Below, in pieces: positions 43,394 to 56,975 of a DNA stretch of 64,000 bases; positions within the stretch are counted from its first letter, which is position 1, and the number at the start of each line of letters is the position of its first letter. The notes beneath the pieces are model-generated. The model saw only the letters and a program-made list of their open reading frames with translations, did no database searches and was not told where the DNA came from. This DNA comes from Basidiobolus meristosporus CBS 931.73 (Eukaryota; Fungi; Basidiobolomycota): assembly GCA_002104905.1 (NCBI GenBank), contig MCFE01000180.1, forward strand, positions 77,691-141,690, written 5' to 3'. The position numbers were made by a program, and so were the translations under genes.

Positions 43394-44150
43394 TATTGCA
43401 AGAGTTTTGGAGTTATTGGAGGTGATTGAGAGAACAAGCTGATTATATGGTTTTCACTTGACAATTTATTGAATGTAAAAATAGTATTTATACTTTTACG
43501 CAACCTTGGCAAAGCAAGCTTGTAAAATATGTTGGGTAGGTCCCAAGAACATGTGTATAAAGCTTGGGGCTGCTTGGACAGCTCTGAGATATTTCATGTC
43601 TTGGGTACCTGATGTCATGTTGAAAATATTCCATGTAGATCCCAACCAGGTGTTTGGCCCAAATTCTCTGAGATTTGTAGACTGTGATTTAGGTGATCAA
43701 TTTGTGGGAGTATCTAGGTGTTATTATAAAATCCATAACACAAATCAGCTCATGGTCCAGTTAGAAAATTTAAACTAGTAGCTCTGTGGTCATGCAAAGC
43801 GTTCCAATACTGCAATATTTTAAGCTTTTGCTGAGCTCATTTCTATATCTAGATCATAACCTACAAATCTCACTAAATACTGACCAAATTCCTTGTTAGG
43901 AAATACCTGCAATATTTCCACCAAAATATTGGAAACTCAGAACATGAAAATTTGATAAGTTATCCAAACAGCCCCAAGCTTTAAGCACATCCACTTGGAC
44001 ACTTCCTCAGCATATTCTTTGTGTTTTTTTTGGCCAAGACTATGTCAAAGTACAAGTACTACTTTCACATCAAATAAATTATCAAGTGAAAATTACATAA
44101 TCTACTTATTCTTCCAACTACCGCCAGTATCTCTATAACCTCTACAAGAA
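43394..44150. repeat. Two decayed copia LTRs in opposite orientation (~43394-43740 minus, ~43855-44150 plus)
   Basis: Similarity to the family LTR; ends approximate. Confidence 0.75.
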
Positions 44151-46428
44151 GTATTAGGTTTTCCAACTTTCCAAGGCTAAAAGCTCAAGACCTTGAAAGC
44201 AAATTTATTCAAGAGCATTACATCATTCAAACACTTTATGGCCAGTACATTCCCCAAACTTGGCTCAATTGAAGCCATACTTCATGGTCATAATAAATAG
44301 TTCATTAATAGTGCATATTAGCTCCCCATTGCTGGGTGTACTACAGTAACTTTGATTGTTTGAGTTTTAATATGCCTAATCCAATCATGTGAGACCCTTA
44401 CAGGTATTGCCTGTATACATATACCCATGTATGGGAACTACATGCCTGCAAACTGTTAGTTATATATCATATGTTTCTCATATGCAACCGCCCACAAACT
44501 TTTTCCTACCACTGTGGCAATCATATTTATCAAGATTTGGCAAGAACAGAGGGGGAACCTTGCTTTCCAGAATCTCCATACTACTGCTTCAGGCTCCAAG
44601 GTCTTGAGCATTCTGCTGCTTCATATTTATTGCTTAATATCCAGGCTTTGATCAATACAACATCAGTAAGGAAACTGCAAAGCTCACAGACTACCTGATG
44701 ACTACCACATCTCTCTTGGGAAGTCCCCATTCAGATGTATTTTAACCCTTGAGATGCAACTTTAATGACCCCATTAAGAGGCCCCTTGAGCTTCAAGAAA
44801 CTCCTTGGCATCTGTTTGATGTAAGGTTACCTTAAAGCTCCCTATTAATAATCATCTTTACTCAAAACACACCCTTTTCAAAGCAACCTTGCCACACCCC
44901 TTGAGGTCAAGTAGTATTTCAGAATCTCTAAACAGGGAAATACACTAACAGAAAGTAACTGAGCCCCATATCAGGAATCATTGGTATAAGAGCATTCAAA
45001 CATAGTAGCAGACTTAGGGTCAGAATTTTATTTAATGCTAGTTCTATAATTGCACCTAGATGTTGACCTAGCTTAGTCACTTAGACTATTGTCTGCAAGT
45101 TTTAGAGAATTCTGACCTAATTCCAGGTTAGGACTTCTTGGAATATCTTCACTAAAATATCAGTAACTCAGAACATTAAATATTTCAAAGTCATCTAAAT
45201 ACCCCCAAGCATTACACTCATACTCTTGGGACCTACCTCAGTACACTCTACATGTTTGACTTGCCAAGACCATGCAACAGTATATACACTACTATAACAT
45301 CCATTAAATCATTGAGTGAAGACCACATAATTTACATGCTTGCCCAATTGCTTCCAATATCTCCAAGACTCTTACAACAGGCTATGAGCCACATGCTGTC
45401 ACTGTCTGCAGTGTCTACAAATGTTATTAGAGGAAGTTTCCCCTCTGCTGAGAAGTGGGATGGATCTAACTATCAAGTGTGGAAGGTGAAACTGAAGAAG
45501 CTGCTACATGAAAGAGGCCATTGAGATGTTGTCATCAGAGAAGAATTCTGTTCTTAAAACATAGGAGAGGTGGCCTTAAAGTATCACAAAAGGAATAAAG
45601 TGCCTTTGACTGCAAAGACTTTCACAGGAGGTACTGAGCCCCTAGCTGTATTCATTGCAATGTCTACTACCGCTATCACTGGAATGCTTTCCTCTGCTGA
45701 AAAGTTGGATGAATTTAACTACCAAGTCTGGAAGGGGAAGATGTAGACACTACTAAAAAAGAGGCCTTTGGAATACTGTTATGGGAGAAAAATGCGCTCC
45801 TAAAGACATTGGAGAGGCAGTACCAGAAGAAAGAAGAAAGTATCACTATCTGCATTAGCCTTAATTTTAACAACAAGTTGCTAACTCAATGCCCAAGAGT
45901 AAAAACAGCAAAGAATGCCTGGAAGGCATTAGAAGACACCTATCAGAAATGTTCAGTTGCTAAGAAGATGCATGTTGGACAAAAATTCTTAACTACAAAG
46001 ATTCTGCTAGTAATAGAAATAAGAATCTAATTAACAGAATTACTCTGTTAGTTGAAGAGATAGAATCTTTGGGCATACAAGATACTGATAAAGATGTAAT
46101 AGTAGCCATCCTGAATAGCCTGACAGACAGGTTTTGGGGCCTTGTATCAGCCCTAGAATCCTGAACTGAAGATTTGCCCTTAGATTACACAGATGGAAGG
46201 CTCCTGGATGAAGAATTAAGAAAATCATGTGCCAATAAGAAGGAAGAAGAAAATGCTTTACTAAGTAATGCTGACCAGCAAAGGAGGTAATTGAGACCCT
46301 TTAAAGGCAACAGCAACCTGCATTGCAACTAATGCAAAAGGAAAGGATATACGTGCAATGGTCCCTCAAAAAGGGAGATAGTCAGCTCAAGAAGCCTGAA
46401 TATGGAAATACTGCAACAACCAAAGGTA

Positions 46429-49400
46429 TGTTGTAAGTGTCTTGGAGATTTTGGAAGTAATTGGGAGAACAAGCAGATTATGTGGTTTTAACTTAATAAT
46501 TGATTGTATGTGAAAGTAGCTCTATGAAAAATTATTGTAATGATTCAATCAGGGGGCCATCACAAACTTAAATTCCCATGACTAAGAGGTACTGATCCTG
46601 TCAGGACACCATCCAGAGACTGTTGAAAAATAATTATACCCCAGATTTTGCAAAAAACTTGGTCAAAAATTTTCATCTCAACAATATATAAGTGGCTTTT
46701 GATTGGTTCCCTGGCAATTTGCTTGCTTTCCAATCCTGGAAACTCTATCACCTCTTACATTTGTGTGCATTGATGGGCTATTGCCACCTTTTTGCACTCC
46801 TTACTTCCTGACTCAACCTTTTCTCTTATTTTTCATGCACACAAGTTGATTGATTTCCATTGAAACTTCAGTTATACCTCAATTGCCAATTGTATTGCCC
46901 TATACAAGTCCCTATACCCCACACTAACACTGAGCCCAACCCCTCACTCAACAAGTAACTTCATTAAAATCCACCACTCAATAAGTATATATACTGTAAC
47001 ACTCTGGCTCCACAACTTTGGAGGGAACCCAATGGCTTTATGCTGCTATTCACTCACTGGTTCCCACATGTCCTGGTCTTCAGCTGGCACTGCAAGGTCA
47101 AGCACCTCATCTGCCAGTCTTTGCAATATATACTTCTAGTATTCAAGTGTGTTTTCCTGAGCACTGCTCTTGAAGAAGTACTGCAACCTCTTGGTGGGCC
47201 TATTAGTTTTCTAAAATTCCGCTGAAGGCAATGTGATGGACTTTTGGGTTCTTGACATTGTAGCCTTGACTGTCAGTTAGACCTCCACTCTGTAAGCAAT
47301 GGAGGACATGGAGGCTGTGGTAGATGATTTGCCATTTTTTGCAAACTCATCTACCTTGCAGGAGTGTTGCTCAACTTGCTGCACTTCCAACCCTTGTGAA
47401 AACAGTTGTCTTCCTGTTGGCAATTCTTCTTGGGTATGATGGAATTCAGTCTGCTCCTGGCTTGCAGCATTAATTGGCAAGAACTGCAGCTTATTCTGCA
47501 TGCTTCCCTGTCTCAGGCAGGAGTAGATATTTTTCCCTTTACCTTTTCCTTTATCACTGCCAGGTCTTTGACTGTTAATTTGTCTGAGTGCTTCTTGTAA
47601 TGAACTACATTTTCTCCTTGATAAATTCTGCTTTGACACATCTATTTTGGCCTGCTTGTCCCTTGCTGGCACTCTTCTGGCAACCTGATGTTACTTTCTC
47701 ACTTGTTTCAAGCATTCACTGTAGTTATAACAGGCTCCGGTATAAGCAGCTGGTTTATATCTCCACCAGGTACTTCACCGCTACTTTGAATCAGTGCTTC
47801 TTGCATGCTACCATGACTTTTCCTTGATAAATATTGTGCTGGTGCATCCATGTTGCCTGCTTGTCCCTAATTTGCACTATTCCAGCTACCTGAAGTCTCT
47901 TTGACACTTGTCTGGAGCATTTGGCCCTGTTTGTTACAACCTCTTGAGGAAGCTGCTGGTTTTTAGCCATAGCACCATTGTACTTCTGCCTTTGATAGTC
48001 TCTGATATTCTTAAGATACTTTCTTAGCATACCAATGCTGGCCCAAAATCCATATGCCCATTGGAATCCAGGATAATGCTCATGGAACAAGTTAAGTGCA
48101 TTCTGCATGGCCTTGGGTTCCTGATTGTCCTAAGGTATGCTGGCCTTAAGGTGTTGACATGCTAGACTTTGGATGGCCTCTTAAATATTATCCCACTCTT
48201 CATTATTGCATTCAATTGCTTCACAGATCTTTGATGTCTTTTGATTTTTAGGATTTGGTATAAACAACACATATTCTCCCTTCCACACCATAATAGATTT
48301 TTCTGTGGGCTATCTTTGGTCACAGTTATTGTTTTTCAAAGACTGTACATTGTTCCTCTGCTTTTACATTGGGAAATGGCTCAATTCTTGGCTGTGACAT
48401 TGAGCTACTTGAATTTCTTCTTTGCAGTAATGATACTGTTTTCTCTACCTGGGATATTGATTGCACTACACATATTATCCACTCATCCTGTTTCTGGATT
48501 ATTACCTGATTTCTCTGGTCCATTGCATCTATCCTATCAGCCACTGCACCTAGTTGCTTCATTAATACTTTGGTATGAGCTGACAACATACCTGCTAATA
48601 TGTGTGGTGGTGATGTTATGATGGCTACTTGCTGGTCTTGAACCAACAGTACTGCATTTGCTACATTCCTATCTGCCTGAGCATAAAAGTCAGCTTGTGG
48701 CTCTGCAGAGGTTCTCAATTGCCTACTTGACTGAGAGCCTGAGGAGTCTGCATTATTACCTTCAGTGGGCACACTGTCAACATGGCCTTTTTTGGATGTA
48801 GCCTGGTTTGTTGCACCAAATATCAAAGCAAGCTGTGTCCAACCATTCTTCAGCTGCCATCAGTGGTAGGGTTTGATTGGGAACCAGACAACTTTGCTTT
48901 ATTTTTCGGCAGCATATATATAGAAGTGAGTCCAACCAAAGGGAAAACAGTCCTACATATATGTGTGTATGTGGTGCCACAACTTTATTTATAATGCTTA
49001 CTATGGTGGGTCATCAATGAACCTTACATTCATGTAGGTGTGATGTCTCAAATACAAGACTGTCTTATATCCACATGAGTATTGACCACAAGATAATTTA
49101 GTAGCATTACATTGTTGAAGGTCAAACTGTTTGCCCCATGGACAAGAATACTTAGATTCAACACCATAAGAGAAGAGAAAAAGACCATGTACTATTGTGG
49201 CAAGCCTCTCAGCCATGAAGCATGCAGACACCATAGGAAGTATTACAAGGATTTCAGCCAGTGTTTTGCCACACAAGTCATATTTGACCATTTATCAGTC
49301 ACCACTGTACAAGCATTATCTTACCAGCCAGTTGATGCTTCTATTTGGCACCTAGCTGTCTTTGTCACCTGGCGCAAACTGAGTCAGGTTGGCTTGTGAC

Positions 49401-50790
49401 ACCTTTAGGCTCACCTCAGCCTTCTGAATATGGCACACAGAGTGATAGCTCTGACAAAGAAGGTTCACTGATGCATTATGAGCCTACCTTCCATAACAAC
49501 AATACCACACATGAGCCTGGTCAAATCCCAATATGCAATGAGACAACACCCATTGAAACAAATGCCAAGGATACTTTATGGAGCCAAGTGAGCCCAGTAA
49601 TCCATTTACTGGTGATTGATGTAGTGTTTTGGCTAGAGAAGTTGCACATTCCTACTATTATCAGTAATGGGGGCTTTGAGGATTTGTTACTACTTATTGC
49701 CAAAATCATTCCAGGATGCAACTTGCCATGTGCATGGTACAAGTGGACAACCACCATGCAGCTGACAACATATGATCCAGAGACTGTCCTGATTCCATCA
49801 TGTGTTAACATTTGCATGGCATTCACATCCAAAAATGCTACCATTGCAACTTGTCCAAATTGTCAGGAGCCCCTAAGACTATTAACAACCTATATGGCAA
49901 CTTTGCAAGTATCACACTAAACAGACATAAAGTTGAAGAGATAGAGTATGTCAATTACGGCAGGTGTGTGCATTTGTCAAGGTTAGTAAGCAGGAGGCCA
50001 TAGTTTTTTTGATTAAAGCTATATGTGGAATACCCAAGGTAGCAGTGGGTAGGCAAATACAGAGGGGTGATTCTACAGTGGAATACATGAATTGCACAAG
50101 GGCAGGTAGAAAAGGGAAATACCATTTGGTATATTGGCATGGCAGCATTATATAGAACTAGCTGTAGGCTGCCATACTGCTGTAATAATACCATCAGAGT
50201 CTTGCTGTGAGGCTGTTGAAATACCATCAAGTTTTCTGCTATATAAGGCAATTGGATGTCCTGGCCAGTTAGATCCATTTAAAATAGTAGTAGAGTGCAT
50301 AAGACTGCAACAATGCCAGGCAATTATTGTCACAGCACTAATCAAACCCTGTCAAGTTTTATAACTTTATTTGGCAGCAAAGTTAGCAAAATGCCATCAT
50401 GATCCTGTCATAAGATTGTCAAGAGGCTCACTAATTTCAAGCTGCTGGTATTAATACCATCCCCAAATGGGATCCTGATGGCTGATCTGGATTGAATCCA
50501 CCTGCAGGACCAAATTATTTTTCATAGGGGTAGTATTTATACTTTTACAAGGGCTTGGCATAACAAACATGTAGAATAGGCTTAAGAAGGTCCCAAGACC
50601 ATGTGTGCAAAGGTTAGGGCTGTTTGGACAACTTTGAGAATTTTATGTTGTGGGTACCTGATGTTATGGTCAAAATATTCTAAGTAAAGCCTAGCATGGA
50701 TTTAGGTCAGTATTGTTGAGGATTTGAGGTTAGTGATCTAAGTGATTAAGTTAGGTGAGTATTTAGGTAGAACTAAGAGTTTTTACAACA
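46429..50790 (-). repeat. Solo LTR inserted in gag (TSD AGGTA/AGATA), split by a DNA transposon
   Basis: LTR halves 46429-46519 and 50530-50790 rejoin to the family consensus. Confidence 0.85.
46520..50529. mobile_element. Decayed ~4-kb DNA transposon, TIR CCCTATGAAAAAT, 4-bp TSD GTAG, CACTA/CMC-like transposase remnant
   Basis: Termini ctctatgaaaaattatt / aattatttttcataggg. Plus-strand remnant CVNICMAFT...CPNCQEP at ~49800-49870. Divergent unknown ORF on the minus strand at 47277-48826. Confidence 0.75.
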
Positions 50791-53700
50791 AGATAAACTA
50801 TTGACATCTGCACTAAATATGACCACAAATAAGGATTCTCAGATGTGGTATATGAACTCTGGAGCATCTCAATACTCCACATACCAAAAAGAACTTTTTA
50901 CCCATTGTCAAGCAATTCCAATTAAGTAGGTATTATGGGTGACAATAGAACACTTGATGCAGAGGGAGAAGGGACTATCCATGTGAGCCTCTGAAGTTGT
51001 GAAGGAAGCCACACACCTATCTTCAAACAAGTACTCTTTGTACCAGAAAAAGCTAAGAATATACTATCTGTAAGCAAGGCCACTACAGTAAGACTCAGTT
51101 TCAGCTTTGACAACTTGGGATGCAGGATCATTAATCAAAATGGTGCTCATATTGCTTTTCATATCAGTGATCAGAATCCATACAAGTTGAGTCATATTCC
51201 ATCATATCTTAAAGCCAGTAGAAGTAAGTCATATGAAGAAACATCAAAGCTTTAGCACAGGAGATTTGGACGTATCTACTTTGATTATTTGCGCAAAATG
51301 ATCAAAGATCTGCTGATTTCCAGAACAAAAGTTGATCCCAGCTTATTTGGACCACTGTAAAGCCTGCATTTAGGGGAAACAGCCAGTCAACCGCTAAGAG
51401 CTCTGGCTCAATCAAAACTAAGAAAAAATAAGAACAAATTCACTCAGATCTATGTGGACCTATGCCAAATTTATCTTTGTGCAAGATGAAGTATTTAGTC
51501 ACTTAAATTGAAGATTAGATAAGGCACTTGGGGGTCTACTTCATGGATAGAAAGGAAGAAGCTCTGTCTCCTATTTAGGGAGCTTAAAGCCATGATGAAG
51601 AGAAAAACTGGTGGAAAAATCAAGAATATATGCTCTGACAATTGTGGAGAATACACCTTAATACTCTTGCTCTACTGCTACAAAATTCATGGGATACAGC
51701 AAAAGATGTGTGTGCCACACTCTATACAGCAAAATACTGTGGCAGAATGTGTAAACAGATCAATAAGCAATATGGCAAGATCCATATTCCATGATTAGAA
51801 GTTATCCCATAATTATTGGGTGGAACAAGTTGCTACAGCTCTATATCTCAAGAATAGGAGTTGTTGCAGAGTACTCTGTGATTTTGCTCTACTTGAGGTA
51901 AGATATGGATACAGACCAAGTGTGGAACATCTAGGAATATCTGGGTGCACAGTATATGCCAAGAAACATCCCATAAATCAGTTGAGTTTGAGCCAAAACA
52001 TGTGAACTGCATATTTGTGGGCTACTGCAATGAGTTTAAGGCATCCAGACTATACATTACTAAGGCAAAAAAGCTAATCAAGTCCAGAGATGTATTGTTA
52101 TATAGAAATACAAATTTTCTGAAAAATGGCACAGATGATAACAAAATATGTTCATAAGTTTACCAAAAGTCAGGATTGAATCAGAGCAAAACAGTTACCA
52201 TTTTTTACTCCAGAGGACTCAATCACCATGGTTCAGCCTGAATTTGTACTCAGGAATATCCCAGAAATGATCATTTGAATACCACAAGCTGCAAGATACC
52301 ACTAGACCAAAAATAGCTCATCCTACTATTTCAATGAGGGTACAAACCTAACCTATGCCTATTCAGTCCATATTGGTGAGCCCAGGACTGTAAATGAGGC
52401 CCAAAATAGCCCTTGGACAAGGATTTGGAGATATGCAATGACTGAGAAATATCAGGCCCTGATGTAAAGTCAAGCCTGGGATTATGCCAAGTTACCAGTC
52501 AACCAAGAATCAGTTGTATGGAGATGTGTATTCAAGACAAAATACAAGGCTGATAGTACAACTAAAAAAACAAAGTAACACTTGTGGCTATAGGATACTC
52601 TCAAACAAATGGAATTGACTATGCTGAGACCATTGCACTAATAGCAAGCTGAATTCCATCAGAGCAATATTGGCTATTGCAGCCAGATATAGGTTTTTTA
52701 TTCATAAAATGGATGTAGAAACTGCATATTTGTATGGGGGCATGATGAGGACATGTCCTTGAGCAGCCTGATGGGCTTGCTGACCAAGATAACCCCCATT
52801 TGGGTGGCAAGCTTAAAAAATCTCTGTATGGTCTCAAACAATCACCTAGAGCATGGAATTGCAAGATAGATTCTTATTTAGAGTCTTTGAGTTTCAAAAG
52901 GAGCAATGCTGACTATAGTATACACTATAAGCTAGATAGAGCAAATCCAGCTCTGTTAGCTCTATATGTGGTTGATCTTATTTAAGCCACCAATAACCTA
53001 GCAACATTGCAAGAGACTAAATTCAGCCTATCTAAGTAGTTCAAGATGTCCAATCTAGGAGAACTCATTAACTTCTTAGGGATTAAGTTCTCCATAGACA
53101 GAAGTACCCAGACTATTACCCTAGACCAGTTCAAGTATATTCAAGATATACTAAAGAAGTACCAAATGGATGATTGTAAACCAGCAGCTACCCCAATGGA
53201 GTCAAACCTTAACTTGGTCAAAACTCAACCAAATCAAGCAAGCTTGATGCCATCTGAAAGCCCAGACTTTCCTTATCAATCTGTTGTCAGAGGTCTGATG
53301 TATATCATGCTTGGAACACATCCAGATATCTCATATAGTTGTTAGCCAACATAATTAGAACTATGAATCTGATCATATTGCGCAGTTGAGTAGACTTTTA
53401 GATACCTAAAAGGAGCTGCTGATAACTGCTTAAGATACACTTATAAGAACTCAGAGCCAGATCTTGTGGGATACTCTGATGCTGACTGGGGACAAAATTT
53501 GGACAATAGAAGATCCACCACAAGATACCCCTTTCTTTACTGTAAAGGAGCAATTTCATGGAATTTGAGAAAGCAGCCAACCATAGCACTTTCTACTACA
53601 GAGGAAGAGTATATGGCAGCCTGTGAAGCTACAAAAGAAGCAATGTGGTTAAGAGAGCTCTTTACAGATTTAGGCCTATGTCAAAAAACGCCTATTACTT

Positions 53701-54533
53701 TATTTCAAGATAATCAAGGATGTATACAATTAGGTAGAAATCCAACTTTTCATGCTAGAACCAAGCACATAGATATTAGACATCATTTCATACGTGAAGC
53801 TATAGAGAATAACTCAGTTAGCTTAGTTTACTGTGCTACAGATGAAATGATTGCAGACATATTTACCAAACCATTAGCTGGAGACAAGTTTGAATATCTT
53901 AGGTCAAAACTAGGACTAGTCAGTATGAACATTTAGCTGAGTGGGAGTGTTGTAAAGATCTATAATTCCACCTAAATATTCACCTAACTTAGTCACTTAG
54001 ATCATACTTTCCAATCCTAGAGAATACTGACCAAATTCCTTGTTGGGATTAACTTCAAATATTTATCCAGAATATGAAAATTAGATAGGTTGTCCAAGCA
54101 GTCCCAAACTTTGCACACATGCTCTTGGGACCTTCCTTAACCTATTCCATGTGCTTGCTATGCCAAGACCATGTAAAGTATAATACTACTCTTACATTCA
54201 TTAAATCACTAAGTGAAAACCACATAATCTACTTGTTCTCCCAAATCACTTCCAATATCTCCAAGACTCTTGCAACAGTGGACTAGTATAAATACTAGGC
54301 CATCTTAAAGCCTGATGGTTAACTAACTAACACTTCAATGAGAGTATTGTGAGCTCCAGTAAAATACTTTGGTAGGCAGTAAACTCATATTGTAGAATGT
54401 GACCAAGTAAATTTTGAGTTTAGTTGCAAGATATGGTTTTTGACAGTTTTACAGAGCAGTGCCGGGAAATGTAAGGTTCATGACAGTATTTGAGGTGGTA
54501 TGCTGTTGAATGACCCAATTGTATAAGTATGAA

Positions 54534-54872
54534 TGTTGTAAAAGCTTTTGAGATATTGGAAGTGATCAAGTGAACAAGTCGATTATGTTTTTTTCACCTA
54601 ACAAGTTATTTATAGTAGAAGCAATGATTATAATTTTACATGGTACTGTCAAAGCAAACAGAGAGAGTATATTGTGAACGGTCTCAAGAGCATATGTACA
54701 AAGTTTGGCGCACTTTGGACTGCATATCATTTTCTCTTGTTTTGGGTACCTGATATGTTGGAGGAACATTCTACGCAAATCCCAACAAGGAATTTAGCGC
54801 TAAGATTCATGGACTAGGATCCAAGTCGCTAAGTTACGTGAATATTTAGGTGTGACTACGAAATTTACAACA
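54534..54872 (-). repeat. Diverged solo LTR with TSD ATGAA
   Basis: tgttgtaaaag...tttacaaca, flanked by ATGAA on both sides. Confidence 0.85.
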
Positions 54873-56975
54873 ATGAATTCCTTGCAAAATTCAATAAAAA
54901 TCCAAATTGATATTTTTGATACGACTAGGGGGCTATTAAAGCGGACTCGTCACTGAATGTATTACTGAGGTCAAATTCAGTATTTACACTTTCGTGGGAA
55001 CCTTGTATATGAAATGACAAGAGTGCTTCTGTGTATGGTCACAGGAAGTTGTGTTCAAAGTTTGCCGTCCTTTGGGCAAAGTTGAGGAATTCGAAAATAC
55101 TGAAACTTTTCCTGGACTTTGTTCCACAATTCAAAGATAGAATCGATATGAGGAAGGCCTAGAAAGCAGCGTGCTGTTTTGTACGTGTCTGGAATTTTCG
55201 GTTACCACTGGTATTTCCATAGCTTCGAAGAATTAGTATTTACCAGAACATCACTTACTGATGAAAGCAGTATATCTATACATACAAATAGGTAGGTGAC
55301 AAACTCTTTATTTTCAGGAATACCAACCAGATGTAGATTAGCCTAAGTCCGCATTGTGAAGCATTGATTTGTCAATTAATTACGAAGAGTCGAATCCTCT
55401 CTTATCTGTATGCAACGAAGAATGCTTGAATTTCCTTGTAATCCTTGACGGCGTGACCATGCCCACTATCTTGTGTCGTTTATGACTAGACGATCACTGA
55501 TTTTCAATTTCTCAATGTTGCGAGTTTGTGCTACATTTTGTTATTAGTTCCTGCAAAAATTTTCATGGGTTTCTATGGGTTACTCGTTCAATGATGCAAA
55601 CTAGTGTAGCCTTGAGTAGTCTTTGAATCAACTTGGGTTGGAAAGCTATGCTTTGCTTTGTAGGGTGTTCACGTCAATCGATTGTGCGCTAGATATATTG
55701 TAGAATATTTTACTCCTACTTCCTATAAAACGATTGCCAGGCCTGTGCACACAACACTAAACTCTCTGTCCCCACTCACCCTTTTCTAATACCTTAACTG
55801 GAAAACAAAAGGCCGGCTTTCAGAGGATCGAGGCAAAAAGGCCATTCTACTGTTTACAATATCCTGTTCTCCATCTGGGTTGTTGGCAAATATTGATTCT
55901 CAACAATATATAATATCGTCATTCAACTGCTCCTCAAGTATTGCCTCCACCCCTTTGTTAGCAACCATCTGCTGGAAAACTGTACTGCCACAGAAATACT
56001 CCAGTTATATTGAACAAAATATGAGTAGGGATGGCATCAGCGCTTTATACCCACCGGATTGACTCAAAAGTGCTCAGCCATTGTTTGGGAAGCTCCCCTC
56101 TTCAACCGAGTGCAAATACCAACTGCTAACGGCTCCTCTGGGAGTAGATTGCTTTACTATTACAAGTCTATAGTAGGTTAGGACCAGACTATCTTATAAG
56201 TGTATATAGTCAGCGCACATTGCCTGTTACGAAGCAACAACTGAACGACTAATAACGGTGCTGATGTGGTAATATATTTTTTTGTTTCCAGGCGCCGTAG
56301 TCCACATTTTAGTCACCCAAGCTGAGGTGTGACGCTCTACCGATTATTATACAACTGATTTCAAGATGATATGTACCAAGTGGAGACAACTTTCCAGGGG
56401 ATGAGTGATTTCAGCAAATCCAAACTATATGGCCAGCAACCTTGTATTGTATCTACAACCGATACTTGCAATGTGTGCGGCGTTGGATCGCTTACCGACA
56501 GACGAGCTTCTGTATCTTTCAGGATCAACCGACACGTGCGCAACCGCTAGGTGCAATTCCCTCCATTCATCTGGATTTGTCTGTAATTTCCAAACAGCTG
56601 TAATTGGCAGCCTGATGCTTAATAACGTTGCATTGGATGAGCATTGCCCATGCATTCCGGCGGTATAGCCACCAATCGCAACCATCTTCCATCATATCAG
56701 ATCGGGTAATTGCTGCTAATCGTTGTCGCAAATCAGTTATCATGGACTTGCACCATCGAAGGATTCGATGATTATTATGGGGATTTCCAGCAGAAAGGTC
56801 TGCCTCAGAACACCTCTTCCAGAAATACCAATATGGTAGTATCGTGGAATAATGGAAATGCTCAGAAACAAAATCGGTTTTCCATTCGAAATGTCAACAC
56901 CGCCAAAATATGATTGAGGGCCGCTAGGCTGGTAGAAATGTTTATGGATTGTTTGATTTATCTAATAAAATTACA

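Larger units (their letters stand above)
45040..54277 (+). mobile_element. Decayed copia element(s) with 5' LTR+PBS, duplicated gag start, nested insertions, pol and 3' LTR (53948-54277)
   Basis: LTR end and PBS at 45379-45390. gag resumes at 50791. RT/RH ORF fragments at 52800-53936, then PPT and 3' LTR. Confidence 0.9.

Noticed and set aside
55800-56900. Coding-like fragments on the minus strand
   Set aside because: Interrupted by stops, and no family was recognised.
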